This document shows positions 27,088 through 39,466 of a stretch of 64,000 nt of DNA, one piece after another. Source of the DNA: Eledone cirrhosa (taxonomy: Eukaryota); NCBI GenBank assembly GCA_964016885.1, contig OZ024751.1, positions 10,106,001-10,170,000 on the forward strand, given 5' to 3'. A program made the position numbers and the translations under genes. A model generated the notes under the pieces. The model saw only the letters and a list, made by a program, of their open reading frames with translations, did no database searches and was not told the origin of the DNA. Within the stretch, counting starts at the first letter, position 1. The number at the start of each line of letters is the position of its first letter.

Positions 27088-27996
27088 ATGTTTTCTAATT
27101 AAGAAACAAGGCCAATAACTCCATGCTATCAAGTCATCCTAAAATATCTGTAGCCATATTCTAGTCAAATTTTATTCATGTAACAATGTATGTATCTGTG
27201 TGCATGTATGTGTGTGTGTGTGTGCATGTATGTGTGTGTGTGTTTGTATATGTGTGAATGTATGTGTGTTTGTATCTGTGTGAATGTATGTGTGTGTGTG
27301 TCTTTGTATATGTGTGAATGTATGTGTGTGTGTGTATCTGTGTGCATGTATGTGTGTGTGTGTTTGTATATGTGTGAATGTATGTGTGTGTGTGTGTTGG
27401 TATATGTGTGAATGTATGTGTGTGTGTGAATGTATGTGTGTGTGTTTGTATATGTGTGAATGTATGTGTGTGTGTGTGTTTGTATATGTGTGAATGTATG
27501 TGTGTGTGTTTGTATATGTGTGAATGTATGTGTGTGTGTATTTGTATATGTGTGAATGTATGTGTGTTTGTATATGTGTGAATGTATGTGTGTGTGTGTT
27601 TGTATATGTGTGAATGTATGCGTGTGTGTGTTTGTATATGTGTGAATGTATGTGTGTTTGTATATGTGTGAATGTATGTGTGTGTGTTTGTATATGTGTG
27701 AATGTATGTTAGTAAGTGCATGAAGTTGTTTGCATGCATTTGAGTACATATGTGCATGTGATTGTATATATTTGTCCTTTGTGTTTGTGTGTATGTTTGT
27801 ATGTGCACATGGTTATGTGCATCTATTTGTGTGCATATGTGCATGTGTTAATGTATGCATTTGTATGTACATGTCTGTGCACGTGGTTGTGTGCAATATG
27901 TTTTTGTGTATGTATTTCAGTATATGTGTGGGTGTGTGTGCTTCTGTATATGTGTGTGTGTGTGTGTGCATGTGTATTTGTGTGCATTTTACGTAC

Positions 27997-28202
27997 CTGG
28001 GTAGTTGTAGGAGAAAACGTAGTCAGTGTTTGTGAGGGCCGATGACCAGGTAACAAGGAGATAACAGACACTTTGTCCCTTCTCGTCAGCTAGGTGACCA
28101 ACTGTCGTAGCTTTTACATCCTGTTTCTGCTGCCAGTCGAGAAGATCGGTGATATCAAAAACTTCCAACATACAATCAGTCGTCCCTCTCCACAGTAAGC
28201 AA
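27997..28202 (-). CDS. LRRK1: Internal coding exon (206 bp) of the LRRK1-like gene
   Basis: ttttcaattttcatttccag acceptor, gtacgt donor; CLLWRGTTDCMLEVFDI..TDYVFSYNYP(G) resembles the Lrrk LW.G and VFS..YPG motifs; ends in phase 1, matching exon 13733-13641. Confidence 0.8.
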
Positions 28203-28449
28203 CTGGAAATGAAAATTGAAAAAAAAATCATCATCATCACCATTACCATCATCATCAACATCATCACCATCATCATTATGACCATTACCATCACTGTCAA
28301 CATCAATAACATCAACATCACCATCATCGTCAATATTACCATCATCATCATCATCATCACCACCATTATTATCACCACAATCACCATTTAATGTCTATTT
28401 TTCCTTCTTTGCATTGGTTAGGGTGGCTGTCATGTTGTGAGACAAGACA

Positions 28450-29090
28450 AGTCTACCCTGTAAGGTGGGCATGCTAGTGACAACAAAAAAGAACCAGTCT
28501 ACCCAGTAAGGGGGTCATGCTGGTCACATGACAAAAAACACCCAGTCCACACTGTAAGGTGGTCATGTTGGTCACATGACAAAAACACCCAGTCCACACT
28601 GTAAGGTGGTCATGTTGGTCACATGACAAAAAACACCCAGTCCACACTGTAAGGTGGTCATGTTGGTCACATGACAAAAAACACCCAGTCCACACTGTAA
28701 GGTGGTCATGTTGGTCACATGACAAAAACACCCAGTCCACACTGTAAGGTGGTCATGTTGGTCACATGACAAAAAACACCCAGTCCACACTGTAAGGTGG
28801 TCATGTTGGTCACAACAAAAAACACCCAGTCCATTCTGTAATGTTGTTGTGCTGATTACATGACAAAAAACACCCAATCCACTCTGTAATGTTGTTGTGC
28901 TGATTACATGACAAAAAACACCCAATCCACTCTGTAATGTTGTTGTGCTGATTACATGACAAAAAACACCCAGTCCACTCTGTAATGTTGTTGTGCTGAT
29001 TACATGACAAAAAACACCCAGTCCACTCTGTAATGTTGTTGTACTGATAACATGACAAAAAACACCCAGTCTACCCTGTAAGATGATTGT
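28450..29090 (+). repeat. Second 48/49-bp minisatellite of RTE 3' UTR origin
   Basis: Unit AAAAAACACCCAGTCCACACTGTAAGGTGGTCATGTTGGTCACATGAC, switching to a TGTAATGTTGTTGTGCTGATTACATGAC variant after 28830. Confidence 0.9.
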
Positions 29091-29214
29091 GCTGGTGATG
29101 ATAATAAAAAAACCTCAATATAACAGAATCATCATCATCGATTAACGTGTATCTTCCATGCTAGCTTGGGTTGAATATGAAATATAACAACAAGCAGAAT
29201 TTAATGATACAACT

Positions 29215-29380
29215 AGAGGGATGTCCACATCAGCGAAAAGTCTCTCTCCCTCGATTCATAAATCGAATCCATTTTGGTTATCTATTCACAGTTCCTTGCT
29301 GAGATTGCTATTGAACAAATACACAATACTTGTAGACAGCTTTTTTATTGTATATCTTAGGCTTTCAAGAAATCTTCATT
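29215..29380 (-). mobile_element. Possible decayed Tc1/mariner transposase fragment
   Basis: Minus strand reads [22 protein letters not shown], which I recall from transposase-like repeats; short and interrupted. Confidence 0.3.
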
Positions 29381-29533
29381 GGTGTGTGTGTGTATATATA
29401 TCATCATCATCATTTAATGTACATCTTCCCTGCCAGAATACATATATATATACATATACATATATACACATACATACATATATACACATACACATATATA
29501 TATATACACACATTCATACATACACATATATAT

Positions 29534-29588
<55 letters not shown>

Positions 29589-29798
29589 CACACATACATA
29601 CACCTGTATATATATATATATATATATATACATATATATACACACATACATACACCTGTATTTATATATATATACATATCATATATACACACATACATAC
29701 ACCTGTATATATATATATATATACATATATATACACACATACATACACCTGTATATATATATATATATATATACATATATATACACACATACATACAC

Positions 29799-29836
<38 letters not shown>

Positions 29837-30075
29837 TATATACACACATACATACACCTGTATATATATATATATACATATGATATATATATACATACAT
29901 ACACCTGTATATATATATACATATCATATATACACACATACATACACCTGATATACATATCATATATACACACATACATACACCTGATATACATATCATA
30001 TATACACACATACATACACCTGATATACATATCATATATACACACATACATACACCTGTATATATATATATACAT

Positions 30076-30119
<44 letters not shown>

Positions 30120-30471
30120 CACATATATATACATATACCAAAACTAGTTTTTTCCAGACATTTTTCTAATTCAAAAGTTTGCACATTATACACAAATACA
30201 TGCAATACACAGAAAAGTACAGCATTATTATTTCATATATATATATATACATATACATATACCCCATGCTAGCATGGAAGATGGACGTTAAACGAAGATG
30301 TTGATGATGATGATGATACACACAGGCACATACACTATGTTGGATAAGTACACCCTAGGCACCAATGTATATAAGCAGTTAGAAATACACAAATGTTGCT
30401 ATGGTTTAACTCTTAACATCCTGTAATAAGCAGAAAATATCTACAAACAGGTTTGTTAATTTAAATGTTTA

Positions 30472-30657
30472 TAATTGTTTCTATTTTTGGCACAAGGCCA
30501 GCAATTACCCAGTGTATTACTGGTACTTTATTTTATCGACCCCGTAAGGATGAAAGGCAAAGTTAACCTCGGCGGGATTTGAACTCAGAATGGAAAGGGC
30601 CGTAACTCTTTGCGTCAAAGCATGGCGTCCGACCCTCTACCTATACTGCCAATCCAT
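30472..30657 (-). mobile_element. SINE family A
   Basis: Full body and head on the minus strand. Confidence 0.9.
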
Positions 30658-30659
30658 CT

Positions 30660-31190
30660 TTACGTCACTGTGAACTCTTTCGGCCTCCACCCACTTTCCT
30701 GTCGCTACAGTGCCGGCTGCCTGTCGCTACAGTGCCGGCCTCAACAGGGTCACAAACCATGGCTTGGATGCTGCAGGCTTCCCCTCCCAGCTTGAGTCAG
30801 GGGGCTGGACCGAGGAGACGGCAAAAGGCCACATGGCATGATCATCTTCCCGTTCCGTGGTGGTAAACCCCTCCTCTGGGATGCCACTTGCAGTGACGCA
30901 TTCTCCAGCTGCAACCTGGTGCAGTTTGCAACTAACCCAGGTTCTCCTGCACTTCGGGCTGAGGAGGGCAAACTCTCCAAGTATCGGTCGCTCTCCGACA
31001 GGTTTGCAGTCATTCCCCTAGAAGTGGAGACTTCTGGTGTCCTTGGCCCTAGGGCTACCTCTTTACTTACCACCATAGGCACTGAGCTGGCTACCTGCAG
31101 GTGTGAGCCTCGCGAGATGGAATGGCTCTTCCAGCACATCTCCTTTACCATCCTCCGGAGAAACGCTTTCTCCATTCTGTCTGCCGGGGC
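30660..31190 (+). mobile_element. CRE-like non-LTR retrotransposon, restriction-like endonuclease fragment
   Basis: LDRGDGKRPHGMIIFPFRGGKPLLWDATCSD..AEEGKLSKY..IPLEVETSGVLGP..LFQHISFTILRRNA. Confidence 0.75.
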
Positions 31191-31379
31191 TGTGGGGCAG
31201 CCAGCACGTGGGACCTCATTTGCTCATAATACAGAGAGAGATGGGGAGGGCGAGAGAGATGGAGGTAATGACAGTGGGAGTTCAGCTCTTTTGTGTTGGG
31301 ACATGGTGTGCAGCGTCAGTTGTCCATAGGAAGGTAGTGATTCATACATACATACATATATATATATATATCTATCTAT

Positions 31380-31810
31380 CTAAGGCGGGTAAAATTCCCG
31401 AGATCCATGGACGAGTTCTCTCCAGCGGTCTCTGTCCCTCATTATCGCTGCCATATCCTGCATCTCCAACAGACCAGTGTCTGTCCTTAGGGCATCAACA
31501 TATGTTAACCTTGGTCTTCCTCTTCTAGTGTGTCCATGTAGGGGCTCCCAAAGGAGCACTGAGTGCAATGTCAACTCTGGATGTCGGTGAGCATGTCCAG
31601 CCAACCTCAGTCTCCTCTGTGTCACTTTTGAGCTGACTCTTGGGATGCTCCCATACAGCTCTGAGTTTTTCATCCTCAGTGTATACTGATTAATGTTCAG
31701 AGCCATCCTCAACATTCTTGTGTAGCACCCATCCACCATCTGAGTGAGTTTCTTGGTCAGTGTCCAAGTCTCAGACCCATACAGCAGCACAGACTCCACT
31801 ACAGCAATGG
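31380..31810 (-). mobile_element. RTE LINE 3' fragment
   Basis: AVVESVLLYGSETWTLT..RRLRLAGHAHRH..RRGRPRLTYVD. Confidence 0.9.
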
Positions 31811-31919
31811 GAATACGGAGGATGATGTGGTTGAGAGGAAGAGCAAGGCTTGGGCGGCGTGCCACAGCTTGAGATCGGTGTGGAAGTCGGACCTTCGTAG
31901 AGACCTGAAGGTCCGCCTC

Positions 31920-31971
<52 letters not shown>

Positions 31972-32141
31972 TGTTCTCTATCGCCTTTTAGCCAGTTTCT
32001 TGTTTCTTTGTATACTCTCAACTCACTCTTCTTAATGAACAGATTGTTGTGAAAATATAAACTAACCCAATATAAAGACTTCAATACTTAATGTGATGCA
32101 GTACTAGTGGTGTTTTGTACTTTTTAAGAATGTTTTGTTAA

Positions 32142-32343
32142 CCCTTTAGCATTTACATTACTGTATGGTAAATGCTTTATGATTGTCTTACATAATATTG
32201 AATCTATGAGATTTTGATATTATTTATTTTGAGAATAATGCCTTAACATCAGTATGAGCAGCCAGTTACAGCCAGTTTTAATACAAAGAGGTAAGAGAAT
32301 TCCAGCCTGATATGGCCGGTTTAAATGCTAAACTGCTAAACAG
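32142..32343. mobile_element. piggyBac-type MITE, opposite orientation, one end damaged
   Basis: TTAA|CCCTTTAGCATTTA at left; GGCCGGTTTAAATGCTAAA..GTTAA at right. Confidence 0.75.
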
Positions 32344-32636
32344 TTAATGCAGTCTTATGTAATACTAGATGTTTTAGAATTAAAACAGACCCGTGCGTGT
32401 GAGTGACTGTGTGTGTGAGTGTGTGACCATGTATGTTCTGTTTTTATTTTTGCTTGTTTTTCTTTAATTTTTACCAACAGAGAGCGAGCATGATTCTATC
32501 ACAGAAACAAGATATTTTCATTGGAATTTTGACATCAACTAATTAAGTATGTATATGATTGTGTGTGTGTGTGCGCACATATATGGATGATATTGCATGT
32601 ATGGATCTGTATGTTTTTAGTTATATGTACATATAT

Positions 32637-34862
32637 CGGGGAGAAGTGTTTCGGCAATGATAATGGTGTACTTGCCCTCACTGATACTGATAAGAAGATA
32701 GCTTGGAAGTGTCACTACGAGAGACTATTAAATGAGGAGAATAAATGGGAAAAAGATAGTCTGCCCCAAATCGATCCAATAGAAGGTCCAGCAGTGCAAG
32801 TTAAAGGTAGTATAATAAGTAAGGCAATCAAAGATATGAAGACAGGCAAGGGAGCTGGGCCTTCAGAGATAGTTGCTGAGATGTTGAAGGCATCTGGAAT
32901 GGTGGGACACACTATGGTCGCCCGTATAGTAAACCAAGGAATACAGAATGGGATCATACCAAAAGACTGGTGTAGCAGCATCATCATTAACTGCTACAAG
33001 GGTAAAGGGGATGCTCTAGATAAGGGAAACTATAGAGGCATTAAGTTAGTTGACCAGGTCATGAAGGTCACAGAAAGAGTTATAGCGCAACTAATCAGAG
33101 AGCGAATTGATCTAGATGAAATGCAGTTTGGGTTTGTGTCAGGTAAAAGTACCACAGACGCTCTTTCCCTTGTACAACAACTACAAGAGAAGTACCTAGC
33201 TAAAAGTAAACCCCTCTACTTAGCTTTTGTAGGCCTGGAGAAAGCCTTTGACAGAGTCCCCCACTCCATTATCTGGTGGGCTCTTAGAAAACTAGGTGTA
33301 GATGAATGGCTTGTGAGAGCTATACAAGCCATGTATAAAGAAACAGTCAGTAAGGTTAGAATTAACAATGAATATTGTGAAGAATTTAGTGTAAAAGTTG
33401 GTGTTCATCAAGGCTCAGTCCTTAGCCCCCTCCTATTTATTATTGCCCTTCAGGCTATAACAGAGGAGTTTAAGACCAGCTGCCCATGGGAACTCCTATA
33501 CGCAGATGATCGAACTCTCATAGCTGAATCTATGGCTGAACTAGAGAAGAAATTCCAAACATGGAAGAATGGCCTAGAATCAAAAGGCCTTAAAGTTAAC
33601 TTGTCTAAGACTAAAGTTCTAGTTTGTAGAAAGGAAAATAAGGCACAGGTGCCCTCAGGGAAATGGCCATGCTCAGTGTGTAGGAAAGGAGTAGGCAGAA
33701 ATTCCATTTTATGTCCCAAATGCAAACTATGGGTACATAAAAGATGTAGTGGGATCAGAGGTAAACTATCTAAGAACATAGATTTTATATGTGGCCGATA
33801 CTCAGTTGCAATAAGTAGCAAGTGCCCACAGGATACTGGCTCCTTCTATTACCCAGATGGTTCTATAGAAATAGTGGACACTTTCTGTTACCTGGGTGAC
33901 AAAATCAGCAGTGGTGGTGGGTGCTCTGAAAGTACAGTAGCCAGAGTCAGAACGGGATGTAAAAAGGTTAGAGAGCTTATACCGCTGTTGGCCACAAAAG
34001 GTTTCTCTCTAAAAAGGAAAGGCAGATTGTATGATACCTGTATATGAACAGCAATGCTACATGGCAGTGAGACATGGGCATTGTGTGCAGAGGACCTGCG
34101 CAGACTGGAAAGGAACGAAGCATGCATGCTCCGTTGGATGTATAATAGTAATATACGTGAACGGCAAAGGATAAATGAACTAAGTGAGAAATTACGAATA
34201 AGAGGGATCAGATGCTGTTTACTTGAGAGAAGACTACGTTGGTATAGTCACGTGATGCGCATGAAAGACGACAGCTGTATAAAAAAGTGCAGGGCGATCA
34301 AAATTGATGGAAGTTACGGAGTAGGTAGACCCAGAAAAACCTGGGACGATTTGATAAATTCCGACCTTACACACTTGCACCTCTCTAAGACAATGTCACT
34401 GATCAAGATCTTTGGTGCTAAGCAGTAATACAGAAGACACACCTTTCCTATGTACAAAGCGAAACCTACAGTCAGTAGGCACCTCTTAACCAAATATACA
34501 TCCCAATCCACTACCCCTACCCTATCCTCCCATTCCCACCAACACCACCCTCTCTCTGTAAAGTTGGCACCACAACATCCAGTCCAAATAAATGAGATAA
34601 TGAGATTGAGATCGTGTAGGTGTCACAACAAAAAACACACAGTCCACGCTGTAATGTGGCCGGGTAGGTAACACGGTAAAAAAGTTCCCAGTTCCACACT
34701 GTAAATGTGGTTGGTGTTAGGAAGGGTATCCAGCCGTAGAAAACCTGCCAGATAGTCCTATATGAGCGAGACACGGTCACCCGACCAACCTTGCCTCAAG
34801 TGGGACAACTCCCGCCTAACCCATGCTAGCGTGGAAGATAGACATATGATGATGATGATGAT
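32637..34862 (+). mobile_element. RTE-clade LINE, 5'-truncated: RT with PHD finger plus 3' UTR and (GAT)n tail
   Basis: [40 protein letters not shown]-like Cys/His cluster, LHGSETW; in-frame TGA at 34045. Confidence 0.95.
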
Positions 34863-35392
34863 TATATGTCTCAATATCTACACAAATGTAGATGTAGTTA
34901 TTACATGCTAAATGTCTGGAACGTAGGTATGTATGTATGATTGTATGTATGTGGCTGGGTGTGAGCAAATGAGGGCATGGTCATAGAAATCAACAAGTAG
35001 TGTGCATGTGTGTGTCTGTGTGCGTGCGTGTGTATATATGTACAACTGATTACCTTTTACTTTCTGTGTCTATCCTTTCTGATCCTGTCTCTATTTTTTG
35101 TACTCCTGAAAAAGGGCTAAAGCCCAACACATCGAACTTTCTTTCCAATTTTCTATATAAAGCGTGAAACTAATAAGACTTTTTGTATCACTGTTTTCTT
35201 GATTCCTTGAACTATATATCATCATCACCATTTAACGTCCATTTTCCATGCTTGCATGAGTCAGAGAGGTTGTCCCAGTCAAGTGACAAGTCTGGCCAAA
35301 ATTGGCCATGCCATACCTTGCTCTGATGGGACTGTAAATTTGGCTGGGGTTTTTACAGCTGGATGCCCTTCCTAACGCCCACCACATTTACA

Positions 35393-35447
<55 letters not shown>

Positions 35448-35475
35448 GTAATGATATAACCAGCATTAGTTAAAA

Positions 35476-36181
35476 CTAGCAGAAAGGCCCGGTGTTGCTC
35501 GGGATTCGAAACATAGATTGACATATTTATCCCTCCTTTCTGAAGCAGTACAGAGAAGTACAGAATACCTCGGCCTTGGGATGGTGTCTACATTTTGTGC
35601 TTATAAAAAAAATTTGTCGTAGATTACCAGGGTTTTTCCATGCAATTAAAATCAATACTTTATCGTGAAATAAATACTTTTGTTTGTATTTTGTTATTGT
35701 GTATGCAAAAATATCTGTACACGAATATATGATTATATATATATTAAAATAACAGATTAAAGTTTAAGCAAAGAATCGCTGCTTTCACCCTTAACGGGAT
35801 CTTCTGAAACTAAAAAAATCAATCTGTGAACGCAGAAGTAAATATTTCGAAAAAATGTACACACTATATATTTATATACACACACACACACAGATAGCGA
35901 AGTCAATGTTTTCATAATGTCGTAATGCAGACAGCCAGACATACAGACAGATATTATAAGGGCACAACGTTATATCTATGTATCTATCTAAAAAGAGGGA
36001 TCGCTAAATCGCCTAATGCGGCCCCTAGGGCATTGAAATTTTGAAATATTTTTTTGCTCAAAACACTCACAGGACCATAAGTATTACATGTGTAAAGAAA
36101 ACAATCGATTGGGTGGTTCTCGAGTTTTAGGGAGTCAGATAGACAGACAGACACAGACATTCTCTGTTTTAGATATATAGA
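35476..36181 (-). mobile_element. Non-autonomous Helitron
   Basis: Minus strand: A|TCTATATATCTAAAAC..(TGTC)n start; end CCCGAGCAACACCGGG hairpin then CTAG|T. Confidence 0.75.
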
Positions 36182-36464
36182 TTACCAGCAGATTTCAGAA
36201 TCACCATTCAAATTTTTATCTGGCAGGAAACCAGCTAGTAGCCTAAACTAATGTTGTATGATTTCATTAACTATCATCATCATCATCATCATAGTCATCA
36301 CTGTTTAATGGCCATTTTCCATGCTAGCATAGTTAAGACAATGTGTCCCATTGTGAGACAAGCAAATTCAGATAACAGTGTCTTGCTCATACAGAACAGT
36401 TTCTGGCTTGGTTTCTATGGCTGGATGCCCTTCATAACGCATATATATATATATATATATATAT

Positions 36465-36950
36465 AGTATTATTCAAAATGTTAATAAATGAAAAATATTC
36501 TCATAATCAAAATATATATTTTATTATACATATGTCAAAGGTACAATGGTGTTTATGTACGTTTTCATCAGACAAAATATATGATTTGATATGTGACATA
36601 CCTCTACAGTTTTGATTATTCAATTCCAGTATTGGCAGTGATTTATTTCATCAAATCTCAATGTCTTTTATGAAATAAATCACTGCCAATAATGGAATTG
36701 AATAATCAAAACCATAGAGATATATCACATATCAAATCATATATTTTGTCTGATGAAAACGTACTTAAACACCATTGTACCTTTGAAATATGTATAATAA
36801 AATATATATTTTGATTATGAGAATATTTTTCATTTATTAACATTTTGAATAATATTAAACACTCCAGGAAAATCTCTTGTTGAGTGCATCTAATCTATTG
36901 TAATATTGTATTCGTTGAGTAATCAACGAACCATATTAATCTTTGGTTAT
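36465..36950. mobile_element. Fold-back element P2 (arms 36465-36651 and 36670-36856) plus ~95 bp unpaired tail, between (TA)n tracts
   Basis: About 187-bp near-perfect inverted arms; hammerhead motif inside. Confidence 0.9.
36739..36807 (+). ncRNA. Minimal type I hammerhead ribozyme motif
   Basis: ATATATTTTGT-CTGATGA(36750-36756)-AAACGTAC..GTACCTTT-GAAA(36785-36788)-T ATGT-ATA-ATAAAATATAT; stem I 11 bp. Confidence 0.85.
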
Positions 36951-37461
36951 ATATATATTGGAAACGCTACTTCGTAGAATCGAGATGTATCTGAGGATCT
37001 TGCGATTTCAGAGTCAGGTTTGATCATTGCATCGATCGTGCTTTGAGCTGGTTGCCAGAGAAACGATTGTAATATGTCTAATAAATCTTATTCGTCGCAC
37101 CACTGATTTTCCATTTCTTATGTGATATATATATGGGATAACAAGTTATCGTTTTAGGTAATCCAGTTAAAGGTTGAGTACTCTGTACTATGAATAGTTT
37201 TAACGTACGGCGTTGTTTGACTCAACAAGAGGTTTCCTTAGTTAGATAGCAAGTTTGTGAGAGTTCCCATGTAGGTTATTCTTGGAGTAATGATAGTGAA
37301 AGAGTGTTCCAATGATTTGATCAGAGACACACTGTATTTAAGGACGAGTGATGCAATTTCGAGTGATCAGCGGACTTTTGACTCTCCTGATCAATGAAAC
37401 AATTGTTAATACTGTAAATAAAACCCTTTTTGTACAGCCGAACATGTTATTCTCCACTCTT

Positions 37462-37497
<36 letters not shown>

Positions 37498-37567
37498 CAT
37501 ATGTGTGTGTGTAAGTGTGTGTTTGTATGTGTGTATGTATATATATATATATGTATGTATGTGTAGA

Positions 37568-37737
37568 CCTATCTAGGGACTTGGGCCACCTGCTGATGAT
37601 GTGCAATAGCCCAGTTACGTAAATGTCTGCTGATATTATGTGACTTTCTGAACATTGTGGATTCAATATCTGCATTTGTGATGTTATATTGCACAGAAAC
37701 AATATCGTACAGGACTTGAGATTTTTACTTTTATCTC
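37568..37737 (-). CDS. Candidate further exon of the LRRK1-like gene
   Basis: Unique open stretch DKSKNLKSCTILFLCNITSQ..IISADIYVTGLLHIISRWPKSLD; possible acceptor gtgttttggtag; phase-2 end would fit exon 28202 but the donor (gtctac) is weak. Confidence 0.3.
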
Positions 37738-38264
37738 TACCAAAACACAGCCACAGTAACTACTATATTAACTAAATGTATGTACTCTGAACAATTGATT
37801 GCAGTTGCATTACTGCAATTTGGCAGATTCATTGAGTGAGCTGGAGTGAGTTAGCCGGAGAATGTTGACTTAATACCAGCAGTCTTCGTTACATTTTATA
37901 ATTATTATATATATATATATATATATATAGATCATCATCATCATCATTGTTGTTTAACGTCCATCTTCCATACTAGCATGGAAGATGGACGTTAAATGAT
38001 GATGATGATATACATTCACACACACATTAATCAAATGTCAACAAAAATATAATGATAATTATAATGATACAGTTAAATGCTTAATTTTGATAAAAAGATA
38101 ATGAAATTTTAAAATAAACACATCACACATGTGTGTATATATATATTCCTCGAATTGAGATGTTTAAGTATTAGAGACTAATTAACCTTTAATTATATAT
38201 ATAAATAAATATATATATAAATAAATAAATATATATATATAAGTAAATAAATATATATATATTC

Positions 38265-38595
38265 ATTTCATTTTACGTCCACTTTTCCCTGCTTGCAAGG
38301 GTGGGACGGGAACTGATTCTGGCTTGATTTCTACAGCTGGATGCCCTTCCTAACACCAACCTCATTTACAGTGAGTGCTGGGTGCTTTTTTTGCCGTGGC
38401 ACCTCCACGACCACTTTGCAGTGGAATGATAGGGAGCCCAGTCTCTATCATCTCATTTCTACAGCTGAGTAAACTGGAGCAATGTGAAATAAAGTGCCTT
38501 GCTCAAGGAAACAACACATCACCCGGTCTGAGAATTGAACTCACAACCTTTCGATTGCAAGGCCAATGCTCTAACCACTAAGCCATGTGCCTCCA
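38265..38595 (-). mobile_element. SINE family B: tRNA head, CORE-like domain, RTE-type 3' tail
   Basis: Minus: TGGCTTAGTGG (A box), GAGTTCAATTC (B box), CCTTGAGCAAGGCACTT, then GGTGTTAGGAAGGGCATCCAGC shared with the RTE LINE 3' UTR. Confidence 0.8.
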
Positions 38596-38784
38596 TATAA
38601 ATAAATATATATATATATATAAATAAATATATATATATATATAAATAAATATATATATATATATATAAATATATATAAATAAATATATATATATATATAT
38701 ATAAATATATATATAAATATATATATATATAAATATATATATATATATGAGTAAATATATATATATATAAATAAATAAATATAT

Positions 38785-38815
<31 letters not shown>

Positions 38816-39242
38816 AATAAATATATATATATATATAAATAAATATATATATATATATAAATAAATAAATAAATATATAAATAAATATATATATATAAAT
38901 AAATGTATATATATAAATAAATGTATATATATAAATAAATATATATATATAAATAAATAAATATATATATATATATAAATAAATAAATATATATATATAT
39001 ATATAAATAAATATATATATATATAAATAAATATATATATATATATATATATGAATAAATATATTGTTATACTTGGGGAGGGTCATATTTGCGTAATATT
39101 GCCAGAATTAATAAATATATATATATATAAATAAATAAATATATATATAAATAAATAAATATATATATATATAAATAAATATATATATATATATATAAAT
39201 AAATATATATATATAAATAAATATATATAAATAAATATATAT

Positions 39243-39295
<53 letters not shown>

Positions 39296-39398
39296 AATAT
39301 ATAAAAATATATATATATATATATAAAAATATATATATATATAAATATATAAATATATATATATATATAAAAATATATATATATATATATATAAAAAT

Positions 39399-39429
<31 letters not shown>

Positions 39430-39466
39430 AAAATATATATAGATATAAATATATATAAAAATATAT

